From contig JAAXGN010000108.1 of the NCBI GenBank assembly GCA_012267415.1, positions 157,805 to 221,804 on the forward strand: DNA of 64,000 nucleotides, read 5' to 3'. This stretch comes from Candidatus Poribacteria bacterium. Lineage in GTDB: Bacteria; Poribacteria; WGA-4E; WGA-3G. The notes beneath the pieces are model-generated. The model was not told where the DNA came from. It saw nothing but the letters and a program-made list of their open reading frames with translations, and made no database searches. Made by a program: the position numbers and the translations under genes. Position 1 is the stretch's first letter, and each line of letters starts with the position of its first letter. Of the stretch, positions 1 to 9,649 are shown in pieces.

Positions 1-691
1 CTGTGCCGATGGCTGCCCATGGCATCAATGGTTTGCTGTTGGTCGTAGGTATCGGAGTCGTTTTTTCAATTTTTTTCATAATGTTCTCCACAAAGTTAGC
101 AGGTAGTTTTACATTTCCGAGTGTTTCACGAATCATCGGTTCTTCCTTCTGTAGACGTTTCCGTGCGCGTCTAAGGCGGCTTTTTATAGTGTTTACGGAG
201 ACACCTAAGAACTCACTGATCGCTTCAGAGGTCATTTCTCCCAGATAGTGTAGCGTTACAACTGTGCGTTCACTTTCTGGTAGTTTATCAAGTAGGTTAT
301 TTACGAGTTCTTGTCGGTGTTCTGCAGCCTTTCTCTCACGTTGTTCTTCCAGATACATTTCATAAGATGTCTTATCTAAAGTTCTTGATGTGTCAACTTC
401 TAATGATTTCATAATAGGTTTTTTCCTTTTCTTTCTTTTCCAGTCTGTGCATAGATTGGCAGCAATTACGTATAACCATCCGGCAAACTGAGTCGGATTT
501 TTTAACGTAGCGAGTTTCTTGTATGCCTGGAGGAAGGTGTCTTGAGCAATTTCTTCGGCAATCTGAAAATCACCTACTTTCCGCCAAGCAAGCGCATGAA
601 CACTCTTTTGATATTTATAGACTAATTCGCTGAAAGCCGTATCATCGCCAGACAGAGTACTACGAATCAATTTGACATCGTCCTTTTCCAT
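1..691 (-). CDS. ECF-type RNA polymerase sigma-70 factor. The 3' end is partial: the reading frame continues past region 4 into a C-terminal extension that runs off the window.
   Basis: The minus-strand ORF starts at the ATG at 691 (MEKDDVKLIRSTLSGDDTAFSELVYKYQK...). Region 2 (FQAYKKL, WLYVIAANLCTDWKRK) and region 4 (TVVTLHYLGEMTSEAISEFLGVSVNTIKSRLRRARKRL) are recognisable. No stop codon occurs before coordinate 1. The ORF is missing from the supplied track, presumably because it is open-ended. Confidence 0.8.
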   Translation of the reverse strand, partial: MEKDDVKLIRSTLSGDDTAFSELVYKYQKSVHALAWRKVGDFQIAEEIAQDTFLQAYKKLATLKNPTQFAGWLYVIAANLCTDWKRKKRKKPIMKSLEVDTSRTLDKTSYEMYLEEQRERKAAEHRQELVNNLLDKLPESERTVVTLHYLGEMTSEAISEFLGVSVNTIKSRLRRARKRLQKEEPMIRETLGNVKLPANFVENIMKKIEKTTPIPTTNSKPLMPWAAIGT

Positions 692-919
692 GAAAATCCT
701 CCACAAAAGAATCGGTTTACGAATTATAGTGACGTATTTTTAAGGTGAAAAAGGTGCATAATTTGAAAAAAATATGATTTTCTATTATATGGATTTTTTG
801 TGTCTTCGTAAAGTTCATATTCTGCTATCCTATTGAGCATACCCACACTCTATCTTGACAGAAAAGCAAGAATCAGTTAGACTATGTATAAATAATACTA
901 CTTCGCAACTGAGGTTACA

Positions 920-1813
920 ATGCAAGAAAACGAAATATCTGTTCCAGACAATCCACAGCAAACCGAGACTCATACCCTACAAGCGATGAGTTTCTCTGAA
1001 ATACTGGATGGCATGTTCTCACTCTACCGTAAACATTTCGCCCTGTTTTTTCGCATCGTTATTGTCTATTTCATTCTAAGATACACTTTTGATAAGATAA
1101 CTCAGCTTTTTCTATTTGAAAGTCTATCTGATGGAGATCCTGCTGCACTGTTTATTACGACTGTTATTACATATTTAATTGCGATTCTGGTCAGCGGTGC
1201 CCTATCTTATGCCAGCGCAGAAGTACTCTTTGGTAGGACTATCACAACCAATGCCGCCTATCAACACACGCTAAGTAAGTATTTTCCACTGCTTGTTGCT
1301 TTCATCATATATGTTCTTGTATGTACGGGTTTAGCAATTACGTGCATTGGAATACCTTTTTTTATATTCTTTTTAGTGAGATGGAGTGTATATACGCTCC
1401 CAATCCTAATAGAAAATCAATCAACAATGGGTGCATTGCGTCGCAGCGCAGAATTAGTAAGAAATAGCTGGTGGCGCGTCTGTGGAATCATCTTGGCAAT
1501 ACTGATAATTTTTCTCATGATTCAATCTATCCTTATTAATTCATTTGGGATAGTATTCTTTCTGTTGACCGGTACTAACGAAACAGAAATGTTTGGAATA
1601 ATTAGACAGATGTTTTTGCCAACACCACTTGATATAGGATGGGGACTCTATCTTATTCGAAGTTTTGTTACAATAGCGATTGAAGCAATAACAACCCCAA
1701 TCAGTGTAATTGGTTCAACACTGCTTTACTTTGATCTACGGGTACGAAAAGAAGCCTATGATTTAGAAATGCAAGCGACGCAACAACAGGATCAACAGGA
1801 TCAACAAGTCTAA
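920..1813 (+). CDS. Hypothetical polytopic membrane protein with a Q/D-rich C-terminal tail.
   Basis: 297-aa ORF with about 6 hydrophobic segments. It is the first gene of a co-directional cluster that ends with MoxR/DUF58. Confidence 0.55.
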   Translation: MQENEISVPDNPQQTETHTLQAMSFSEILDGMFSLYRKHFALFFRIVIVYFILRYTFDKITQLFLFESLSDGDPAALFITTVITYLIAILVSGALSYASAEVLFGRTITTNAAYQHTLSKYFPLLVAFIIYVLVCTGLAITCIGIPFFIFFLVRWSVYTLPILIENQSTMGALRRSAELVRNSWWRVCGIILAILIIFLMIQSILINSFGIVFFLLTGTNETEMFGIIRQMFLPTPLDIGWGLYLIRSFVTIAIEAITTPISVIGSTLLYFDLRVRKEAYDLEMQATQQQDQQDQQV

Positions 1814-1837
1814 ATCAATAGGTATCAGGACATTAGG

Positions 1838-2965
1838 ATGCGCTTTAATCAACTCCTTAAAACTACATACAGCTGCTATCGGGATAACTTCTGGTTGTTC
1901 TGGCGTATTATGTTACCTGTAGCAGTTGTTGCTATTATTTGGGATGTTGCATATCATTATCGCAATATCTCTCTTATCAATAGACATCTTGATGTATCCA
2001 TGGACATGGAAGCCAACAATCAAGGTCCTAATACGCGAGTTCTTTCACCAAGCGTATTTGAGGATTCGATAGCGGGGAACCTGAATACGCGTAACGGTAT
2101 TTTTGCTACAACAAAACTCAATCAAGAACATGATATTCCAACAGGATTACATTTCCAACTTCTACCATTACCGACTATCATTACGTATAACAGTGAAGGA
2201 ACCCTATGGAATTTGGCACTCAATTGTCGTATTCCTGATTATATGCCTTTGGGTCTAATGCTGTTGGCACTCTGTCCACTCTCTTTAGCAGTTGCAAGCA
2301 AGTCGTCGAGTATAGGAAATGAAGATATAGAAACGCTATCAGCATCAGTTACTGCCCTTGAAACATGGAAACGGACAGGTAAGAAAGCAATTAAACTGGT
2401 TATTACGTTTGTACTGTTTCTGCTTATCGTAGACATAGGCAATTACATATATTTAACACTTGGTCTATTTATTCCAACCTTAGGCAACTATTGGTTGTTG
2501 ATCCTTTGGCTGATCCCTTATATCTATTTGTTGGTAACGTTAAGTCTGTATAATCCTTGCCTTATACTTGAGGACAATTCAATAATCGGAATATTTCGTC
2601 GTAGTCACAATCTGGTTAGTGGTTCACGGATTCAGTTCCTGTTGACATATCTTGGCACTGGATGGTTTGCTGCGGTATTCACATCTGTAATGTTTGGGGG
2701 ATTCCTATTTGTTCTTTCATTCATGTCTGTTGAACTATCCCCGATCCGTTCAGCACTTACACCGTTAAGATTCTTGACGCTTTTTGTTGGAGGCAATGTT
2801 AATGTCTTCTTATCCGAGTTGCCTAATGTGCTGCCTACTATGCTGATTTGTGTTTTCAGAGGACTAATTGCGACCTTTCTCATACCTATATGGGCAATTA
2901 TCACTACACACCTCTACTTAGAGAAATCACAAAACAATACAACCTTAATCGGTCAGACGAGTTAA
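1838..2965 (+). CDS. Hypothetical polytopic membrane protein.
   Basis: 375-aa ORF with multiple transmembrane segments. It sits 25 nt after the previous gene on the same strand. Confidence 0.5.
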   Translation: MRFNQLLKTTYSCYRDNFWLFWRIMLPVAVVAIIWDVAYHYRNISLINRHLDVSMDMEANNQGPNTRVLSPSVFEDSIAGNLNTRNGIFATTKLNQEHDIPTGLHFQLLPLPTIITYNSEGTLWNLALNCRIPDYMPLGLMLLALCPLSLAVASKSSSIGNEDIETLSASVTALETWKRTGKKAIKLVITFVLFLLIVDIGNYIYLTLGLFIPTLGNYWLLILWLIPYIYLLVTLSLYNPCLILEDNSIIGIFRRSHNLVSGSRIQFLLTYLGTGWFAAVFTSVMFGGFLFVLSFMSVELSPIRSALTPLRFLTLFVGGNVNVFLSELPNVLPTMLICVFRGLIATFLIPIWAIITTHLYLEKSQNNTTLIGQTS

Positions 2966-2969
2966 TTGA

Positions 2970-3590
2970 ATGAGAATCCTATTCTGTTTGATAGTTTACA
3001 TTGTTAGTCTCATCACATTCTTAGTCTATGCATCGGAAGAAGAGGTATATCGGGATGAGCTCCATTCAGACACCGAAGTTCCTGACGTGTCGCTTGAAAA
3101 ATACCAGAAAGAATTAGCAAAATTACTAAAACCTCACCGCACGTGGGATTTGAACTTAAAGTACATCATCTGGCCACTTGCTGCGTTTGCGCTTACAGCC
3201 ATCGTCATCTTTTTCATCAGACAAATTCAATTGAATATCATAAGAAATGTTGATGAGGATGAATCTGAGACCATTGTTGACGAAGTTCAGACAGAAAAAG
3301 CTGCGCTGTCACGAGCGGATACCGCAATTGAATCCAACGATTTTCGCGGCGCAATCCGATACCTTTATCTCTCTGCCATATTTCATCTACAGGAAAACGG
3401 TATCCTCCCTTACGACAAAAGTATGACCAATCGTGAGTATCTGCAACAGACTGAAATTGATGACAACCTGCAGACCGCGTTAAGTCCCGCTATCACAGTT
3501 TTTGATGAGGTATGGTATGGGTATAAACCGTGTGACGAGGATACCGTGTCGAGTTATAGAGAACTCATAAAAGATGTCTATACAAACTAA
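2970..3590 (+). CDS. DUF4129-like membrane protein, an accessory gene of the MoxR cluster.
   Basis: 206 aa with two transmembrane segments. The C-terminal region (DFRGAIRYLYLSAIFHLQENGILPYDKSMTNREYL...WYGYKP) looks like DUF4129. It lies directly upstream of DUF4350, MoxR and DUF58, the gene order established for this cluster. Confidence 0.5.
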   Translation: MRILFCLIVYIVSLITFLVYASEEEVYRDELHSDTEVPDVSLEKYQKELAKLLKPHRTWDLNLKYIIWPLAAFALTAIVIFFIRQIQLNIIRNVDEDESETIVDEVQTEKAALSRADTAIESNDFRGAIRYLYLSAIFHLQENGILPYDKSMTNREYLQQTEIDDNLQTALSPAITVFDEVWYGYKPCDEDTVSSYRELIKDVYTN

Positions 3591-4725
3591 CATTTTGACA
3601 ATGAAGACACTACACATGCTATCTAAACCCATTTTCACACTTCTGATTATTATACTCATACTCTCACAGTTTTCGTGTGATTCATTGGAAGAGAGGAGTT
3701 TGATTTTCAGCATTCTACGCAAAATGAAATTCCGCGTCACAGAAATAACACCTTATACGCCTGCGGAATTGAAAAGATATGATGTACTGTTTATCAACAA
3801 CCTCTATCAACCTTTATTGGAATCGGAAATAGATGCTGTCAATAATTTCGTGGTAGATGGCGGAATATTGATAGTGTGTGGTGGGAAATATGAAGCGATA
3901 GAAGGAATTATCACTTCTTATGATTTAAAGCTGAGAATGACGCAAAATATGTTGAGAAATTCACGAAGATACCAAGATGATCCCTTTTTTGTGAATCCAG
4001 TTGATGAAATCTTAGTTGAGACCGATTATGTTGTCAGAACAGAAAATCAGGTCGTCGCGGTACTATACGGTTCCGATAATGCAGCTACTGTTCTTTCGTT
4101 TCGGCATGGAGAAGGTAGAGTATATCTTACGACATCCTCGTATCTGTTCTCATGGAGTGGAATGAATCATGCACCAAATGCGACGTTCTTCTATAATTTG
4201 ATGTCTACTTTACCCAACAGAGCTCGCATCGGACTGGCACAATCGATGTATTTTTCAGATGAGTCTAAACCACCAAACGCATTTGTAGAGCTTGTATTCA
4301 AAACGCCTGGTGGATTGGCTGCAGTTTATGTTTGCCTAATTCTCTACATTTTCCTAACATTGCGTGGCAGACGTTTCGGTAGACCGATGGATATTGTGGA
4401 AAGCCATCGCCGTATGAGCACAGAATATATCCATGCAATGACAACGCTTTACCAGAAGGGTAACACGCGTACAGATATATTGGGACACATACGGCATCAA
4501 TTCAGGACAGAAATAGGACTTCGCTGGCGAGTTGATGCTACTTTGAATACATCAGCGTTTTTGGAAGAACTCAGAAATAAGGGCGCGCTTGATGAAGATG
4601 ATACACTCACTGTATTAATTCAGGACCTTGACAGAGCGGAAAACAGAACAGACAGGCAGTTGCTTGATATTGCAAAACGCGTTGAAGAATACCGGGAAAT
4701 GTATAAACTAAAAGGGTCATATTGA
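3574..4725 (+). CDS. DUF4350-like protein (GATase1-like fold), an accessory gene of the MoxR cluster.
   Basis: 383 aa. It has an N-terminal transmembrane segment and a mid-protein transmembrane segment. Its start overlaps the previous gene by 17 nt. Its position is typical of the DUF4129-DUF4350-MoxR-DUF58 order. Confidence 0.45.
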   Translation: MSIQTNILTMKTLHMLSKPIFTLLIIILILSQFSCDSLEERSLIFSILRKMKFRVTEITPYTPAELKRYDVLFINNLYQPLLESEIDAVNNFVVDGGILIVCGGKYEAIEGIITSYDLKLRMTQNMLRNSRRYQDDPFFVNPVDEILVETDYVVRTENQVVAVLYGSDNAATVLSFRHGEGRVYLTTSSYLFSWSGMNHAPNATFFYNLMSTLPNRARIGLAQSMYFSDESKPPNAFVELVFKTPGGLAAVYVCLILYIFLTLRGRRFGRPMDIVESHRRMSTEYIHAMTTLYQKGNTRTDILGHIRHQFRTEIGLRWRVDATLNTSAFLEELRNKGALDEDDTLTVLIQDLDRAENRTDRQLLDIAKRVEEYREMYKLKGSY

Positions 4726-4799
4726 ACTATAGGGTAGGAATCAGAGTCTCTACCTATCATTTGTATAGTAAACTTTTGGTTTTATGTTACATTCTGTTT

Positions 4800-4865
4800 T
4801 GTAGGAGGGAACTCCGATTCCCGACTACCAAACCGTTCAGTCGGGAATCGGAGTTCCCTCCTACA
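4800..4865. repeat. Perfect 27-bp inverted repeat (module B hairpin) TGTAGGAGGGAACTCCGATTCCCGACT...AGTCGGGAATCGGAGTTCCCTCCTACA with a 12-nt loop.
   Basis: Visible directly in the sequence. Related copies occur at 17578-17642, 27188-27290, 47420-47492, 58166-58252 and 60549-60690. Confidence 0.9.
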
Positions 4866-4923
4866 AGGACTTTATATCATTAGTTTCAATGTTCACTATA
4901 TTATAGAGGAATAATAATCTATT

Positions 4924-5877
4924 ATGGAAAATTCAGTCCAATCCGTTTATGAAAAAATAAAGGAAGAAGCACAGAAGGTAATTGTCGGACAAACAGAACT
5001 CTTTGAAATGCTTGTTGTGAGTCTGTTTTCTGGTGGCCACGTGCTATTAGAGGGTGTTCCGGGAACTGCGAAAACACTCATGGCGAAAACACTCGCAATG
5101 GTAATTTCAGGAAAATTCAGCCGTGTCCAATTTACACCTGACCTAATGCCATCTGATATTGTAGGCACAAGCGTCTACGATCTCACGACAAACCAGTTCA
5201 ACCTAAAACGGGGTCCTGTTTTTACAAATGTGCTACTTGCTGACGAAATCAATAGAGCACCCGCTAAAACACAATCTGCTCTATTAGAATGCATGGAAGA
5301 AAGACAAGTTAGCATAGATGGTGTACGTCATGAACTGGATCCCCCATTTATCGTGTTGGCGACACAGAATCCTATCGAATATGAAGGAACATATCCACTT
5401 CCTGAAGCACAACTTGATAGGTTCTTGTTTAAACTCAATGTTGATTATCCTGGATCAGAAATGGAGACACAGATTTTAATCAACTACCATCAAGGATTCA
5501 ATGCCGCACAATTAGAAGATGTGGGAATTCAAAACGTGATAGACAGCACATTACTTCAGCAGTGTAAAGATACCATTCAGGGTATCACTGTTGAGGAATC
5601 CATATTCAACTATATTGTCAATTTAGCAGAAGCATCGCGAAGTTCAAATGAGTTAATATTAGGTGGGAGTCCTCGGGCATCAATTGCGTTATTGTTAGCA
5701 AGTAAGACTTATGCTGCTATGAAAGGTCGGGACTACATTCTTCCTGATGATGTAAAGTTCTTAGCACCCCATGTCTATCGGCATCGAATTCTGTTGAAAG
5801 CAGATGCTGAAATTGAAGGATTGACACCAGATGATGTGATCGACCGATTGCTTGCTGAGGTAGAAATACCGCGTTAG
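4924..5877 (+). CDS. MoxR-family AAA+ ATPase.
   Basis: VIVGQTELFEMLVVSLFSGGHVLLEGVPGTAKT (Walker A) and LLADEINRAPAKTQSALLE (Walker B / sensor) are classic MoxR sequence. Confidence 0.9.
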   Translation: MENSVQSVYEKIKEEAQKVIVGQTELFEMLVVSLFSGGHVLLEGVPGTAKTLMAKTLAMVISGKFSRVQFTPDLMPSDIVGTSVYDLTTNQFNLKRGPVFTNVLLADEINRAPAKTQSALLECMEERQVSIDGVRHELDPPFIVLATQNPIEYEGTYPLPEAQLDRFLFKLNVDYPGSEMETQILINYHQGFNAAQLEDVGIQNVIDSTLLQQCKDTIQGITVEESIFNYIVNLAEASRSSNELILGGSPRASIALLLASKTYAAMKGRDYILPDDVKFLAPHVYRHRILLKADAEIEGLTPDDVIDRLLAEVEIPR

Positions 5878-5881
5878 ACTT

Positions 5882-7237
5882 ATGCATATAACAAGACGAT
5901 TTCTCTACTTTTTACTACCTGCTGCAGTGCTAATTCTGTTACACGGATTAACACCGAGTCTTTTATATGTGGGAGGTATCTATCTCGTCATACTACTGAT
6001 TGTGGGAATAATTGATTACAGGTCTAATCCTTTGTATCAGTCTGTGGAGATTCATCGCGAGATGAACACGAAATTCTCTTTAGGTGTAGCGAATATAGTG
6101 AGGATAAGAGTTATCAACCGTTCTCAGCATCATGTCCGAATGCAAGTAAAAGATGATTTTCCGTCCGAGTTTCTTCATAAGAATTTAATTCACGGGTGCA
6201 TAATACCTGCTATGGAGAACGGTGAAGTTTCTTATAGACTAACTCCCTTACGTCGTGGATTATACAATTTCGGAGATCTGCATGTACGTTGTAGTGGGGT
6301 TTTGGATCTTGTTGTGCGTCAACGAATCATACCAGCAGAGACTGAGATTAAGGTATACCCGAATCTACAAGCAGTTCGTCAGTATGAGCTCTTGGTAAAA
6401 CGTGGCATGCTACACAGGATAGGACTCAAAAACTCACGTCTCTTCGGAGAAGGCACCGAAATGGAGAGGTTACGAGAATACCTACCAGATGACGACTTTC
6501 GCCGAATTGATTGGAAAGGCACAGCACGACAACGAAAACCTATCGTGCGGGAATTTGAGACCGAAAAGAGCCAAGATATAGTAATCATGTTGGATACAGG
6601 TAGACTTATGGCATCACCCATTTTATTGAATTCGCTTGATACATCTAAACCTGTTCAGGATGCACAGCACGCAATGTTAAAATTGGATTATGCTATCAAT
6701 GCAACGCTCATGGCTGCCTATGTTTCAACACTGAAAGGGGACAAAGTAGGTCTGATAGCCTTTGCAGATTCGGTACATCAATATCTCTCTCCTAAACCCG
6801 GGAAAAAGCAGTTTCTGACGATGTTAGAGACAATTTATGCTATTCCTGTGCAGCCTGTTGAACCGGATTTTGAAAGTGCTTTTACTTTTTTGGCTTCAAA
6901 GCAGCGGAAACGCGCACTTATCATACTTTTTACCGACATCCTTGACACAGATTCTGCGGAAGGTATAGCAACTTATGTCAGGCAACTTTCTAAACATCAC
7001 CTTGTTGTTTGTGTAACGCTGACAGATTCAGGTGTTATTGAAATTGCCAAACAGAAACCTTCAAACTCAAAGTCGGTATATGAGAAAACTATTGCAGAAC
7101 GACTCTTACAAGAAAAGCACAACACATTAGGTATTTTACGACGGCAAGGATTGATAACCATTGATGTTCCTGCACATCAATTAACGATGGCAGTAGTAAA
7201 TAAGTATTTGGAACTGAAGGCAAAATCTAAGATTTGA
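5882..7237 (+). CDS. DUF58 domain protein (vWA-like), partner of MoxR.
   Basis: DDFRRIDWKGTARQRKPIVREFETEKSQDIVIMLDTGRLM is the signature DUF58 motif. Two N-terminal transmembrane helices. It starts 4 nt after the MoxR stop. Confidence 0.85.
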   Translation: MHITRRFLYFLLPAAVLILLHGLTPSLLYVGGIYLVILLIVGIIDYRSNPLYQSVEIHREMNTKFSLGVANIVRIRVINRSQHHVRMQVKDDFPSEFLHKNLIHGCIIPAMENGEVSYRLTPLRRGLYNFGDLHVRCSGVLDLVVRQRIIPAETEIKVYPNLQAVRQYELLVKRGMLHRIGLKNSRLFGEGTEMERLREYLPDDDFRRIDWKGTARQRKPIVREFETEKSQDIVIMLDTGRLMASPILLNSLDTSKPVQDAQHAMLKLDYAINATLMAAYVSTLKGDKVGLIAFADSVHQYLSPKPGKKQFLTMLETIYAIPVQPVEPDFESAFTFLASKQRKRALIILFTDILDTDSAEGIATYVRQLSKHHLVVCVTLTDSGVIEIAKQKPSNSKSVYEKTIAERLLQEKHNTLGILRRQGLITIDVPAHQLTMAVVNKYLELKAKSKI

Positions 7238-7454
7238 TTGTTTGCTTATGCTAATGCTTTGTCAAGTCTTCTTTGTAGGTCGGGTAGAGCGAAGCGCCAT
7301 TAAAATATTAACTGGCGACATGAAAGCCACAAACAATACGTGTCCAAATCAACGTCAAATGCGCGTATGGCATTTGTCGGGTGTAAATTTAAGAAAACCC
7401 TTTAACCAAAATTCCCCTTCTCAATATCTATTGTTATTGGAATTGTCCCATTTT

Positions 7455-7590
7455 CAGTCCCGTAGGGACGGAATGTTTATAGAAAACGGTTGAACAACAA
7501 CTCTTTAGTCCCGTAGGGACGGAATGTTTATCTAACATCTTTGTTCTACACATATCGTCCCTACGGGACTAGAGAAGTTCTCTGTATGGG
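7455..7590. repeat. Palindromic GTCCCGTAGGGAC elements: two direct copies and one inverted copy. Another copy lies at 56879-56898.
   Basis: TCAGTCCCGTAGGGACGGAATGTTTAT at 7455, TAGTCCCGTAGGGACGGAATGTTTAT at 7507, and the inverse TCGTCCCTACGGGACTAGAG at 7556. Confidence 0.85.
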
Positions 7591-7638
7591 AAAAATCCTT
7601 AAGTTTACACCTATAGGTAAAGCGAATAGAAACCTGAC

Positions 7639-8607
7639 CTACATTGTCCGGGTAGACTGTCTACTAAACTCGGGTGATTTCATGCCAAAAAGATAGGTAA
7701 ACAGTAGGATCCCAGTTATTGCGCCGAAACCGATTTTTATGCCGTTTGACAATTCGGATGGTGAAATAAAACCCTCAATTGTTCCCGCAATTACAAGCAA
7801 GACAATACTCCCGCCGAGTAACTTAATTGCTGTTTTCGCTGCATTTATCAGAGCCTGTTTACGGGTGAATCGAGAAGGTGCAATGAGTGAATAACCTAAT
7901 AGCATACCTGCACCCCCTGCAATAAAAATTGTTGTCAATTCGATGTAACCGTGTGGAGAGGCAAATGACCAGAGTGCAAGTGATGCACCGTGAACATGAC
8001 ATAGTCCGGCTACGGCTCCGATATAAATTCCGTTAAATACTAAAATATAAACTGTTCCGACCATAAACAGGATCCCACCAGCAAACGCTAAGAATGCGAC
8101 TCTTATGTTGTTCGTCATAACAAAGGAAGCGAACAGATTTCTATGACCAGCGGATGTCGCATTCCATTGACCCTGTCCCAATTCTTTGATGTGTTGTACA
8201 ATTTCCTGAGGAATAAGTTGTTCCGTAAAGTCAGGGGATTTCAACGCTGTCCAATACGCACCTGCAAATGAAACGGTGAAAAATAGAAATGCTGCGAGAA
8301 TGAAATAGACATTATCCCTGAATAATCCTGGGAAACCGAATCGTAGAAACTTCCAGAAGGACCCTCGCTTCAGCGGCGATGTCTGATAGACTGCTGAATG
8401 TGCACTTGATGCCAACTCATTTAGATAAGCAACACACCGGTCTTGCGGGAAATCTCGGCGTGCAACCGCTAAATCTGATGTGATACGCCGATAGAGGTAT
8501 CCCAGCCTATTAAGTTCGTGTGCATTTGCATGACGCGATCGGTTTAACAGACCTTCTAACTCTTGCCAAGTTTTCTGTTTTTTCTCTACAAAATCAATTA
8601 CTGTCAT
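7639..8607 (-). CDS. SpoIIM-like / DUF95-family integral membrane protein.
   Basis: The N-terminus (FVEKKQKTWQELEGLL...LNRLGYLYRRITSDLAVARRDFP) is followed by 5-6 transmembrane segments. This family commonly accompanies MoxR/DUF58 clusters. Confidence 0.5.
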   Translation of the reverse strand: MTVIDFVEKKQKTWQELEGLLNRSRHANAHELNRLGYLYRRITSDLAVARRDFPQDRCVAYLNELASSAHSAVYQTSPLKRGSFWKFLRFGFPGLFRDNVYFILAAFLFFTVSFAGAYWTALKSPDFTEQLIPQEIVQHIKELGQGQWNATSAGHRNLFASFVMTNNIRVAFLAFAGGILFMVGTVYILVFNGIYIGAVAGLCHVHGASLALWSFASPHGYIELTTIFIAGGAGMLLGYSLIAPSRFTRKQALINAAKTAIKLLGGSIVLLVIAGTIEGFISPSELSNGIKIGFGAITGILLFTYLFGMKSPEFSRQSTRTM

Positions 8608-9070
8608 GGATTATCCCCTCATTTCAACATCTTCAGATTACCAAATTTGCAGTTTATTTTCAACATCTTCTTTCTTCTCGGATGTGAAGAGTTTTGGTTA
8701 TTTGCCTGGACTAGGATTTGCAGAATTTAAAGATTACCAGGATCAGAACGTGTGAACAACAAGAGACCAAGCACCAGCGGTGCGAAAGGTATATAGAACG
8801 TGTGTTTAATCTCGTAGCATGATATACCTTTCGCCCCTCTGGGGCTTACTATGGTAATACCAACGTTTTCTATACACCTTTCGCCCCTCTGGGGCTTGAC
8901 ATTTTACAGAAACCTAACGCCTCTTTTTATTCATGTGTTTCTACAAGAACTTTACACATCCAAAATATGTTCATTATTGAATTTCATGTTAGAAGGGGTG
9001 ATCAGGCAAAAAACTTTGTGCACGCGAAAAGAGCCAAAATGAACCATAAGTGCCGAATTACGTTACGAAA

Positions 9071-9649
9071 TTAGAGACCTATTTCAAATATGAACAAGTA
9101 ATTACATCCGAGTTCCCAACGTTCTCTTTTACGCAATTTCCATCGGTTGAAAATATCTGGCAAGACTTCAGGATTGAACCCGTGATGTTCCTCAAGCGAA
9201 AGTCCTTTAATGATTTTGAAAAACTTCAAAACATCCAAGATCTTATCTACAAACGGATGAGGTACGGTGATAATGACGCGTCCATCACGTGTTAAGTGAT
9301 TCCAACAGGCATCTGCTACTTTATGGAGTTCGTTTTCAGGGATATGTTCAACAACCGCGAGAAAGGTTATGACATCAAAACGTTCATCCGTATGATAATC
9401 CTTCGGGAAGGAACCAGGTAGAAGCGTATAAGACTTAGTCTTTATGGTAGTTGTGATTAGTGGGTCTATACCAACACCCGATTGAATGTGTCCGTTGAGG
9501 AAACGTAGGAAGGAACCATCGCCTGTCCCAATATCTAACAGGCGTGTGCCTTTAGGAATGTAGGTTTTGGCTTTGTTGAACCGTAGCCGTTCAAGGAGGC
9601 GATCTATCGGTTTCTCTGGTATCTGTGGAAGTTTCGGACTGTTAGTCAT
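9071..9649 (-). CDS. Class I SAM-dependent methyltransferase.
   Basis: LLDIGTGDGSFLRFL is the motif I glycine-rich loop. 192 aa. It is the last gene of the OST operon. Confidence 0.75.
   Translation of the reverse strand: MTNSPKLPQIPEKPIDRLLERLRFNKAKTYIPKGTRLLDIGTGDGSFLRFLNGHIQSGVGIDPLITTTIKTKSYTLLPGSFPKDYHTDERFDVITFLAVVEHIPENELHKVADACWNHLTRDGRVIITVPHPFVDKILDVLKFFKIIKGLSLEEHHGFNPEVLPDIFNRWKLRKRERWELGCNYLFIFEIGL

Noticed and set aside
3-248. Plus-strand 81-aa ORF at the window start.
   Set aside because: It lies antisense to the much better-supported ECF sigma-factor reading frame on the minus strand.
7242-7493. 83-aa ORF downstream of the DUF58 gene.
   Set aside because: It spans REP-like repeat modules (module D and the GTCCCGTAGGGAC palindromes) and has no RBS or protein-like character.
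8608-9070. Searched for a tRNA or other structured RNA gene in this 460-bp intergenic gap, and in the gaps at 14889-15434, 46181-46580 and 61247-61631.
   Set aside because: I could not recognise a cloverleaf, T-loop (GTTCGAATC-like) or anticodon-arm pattern by eye. Only REP-like hairpins were found. A tRNAscan-SE or Infernal run would be needed to be sure.
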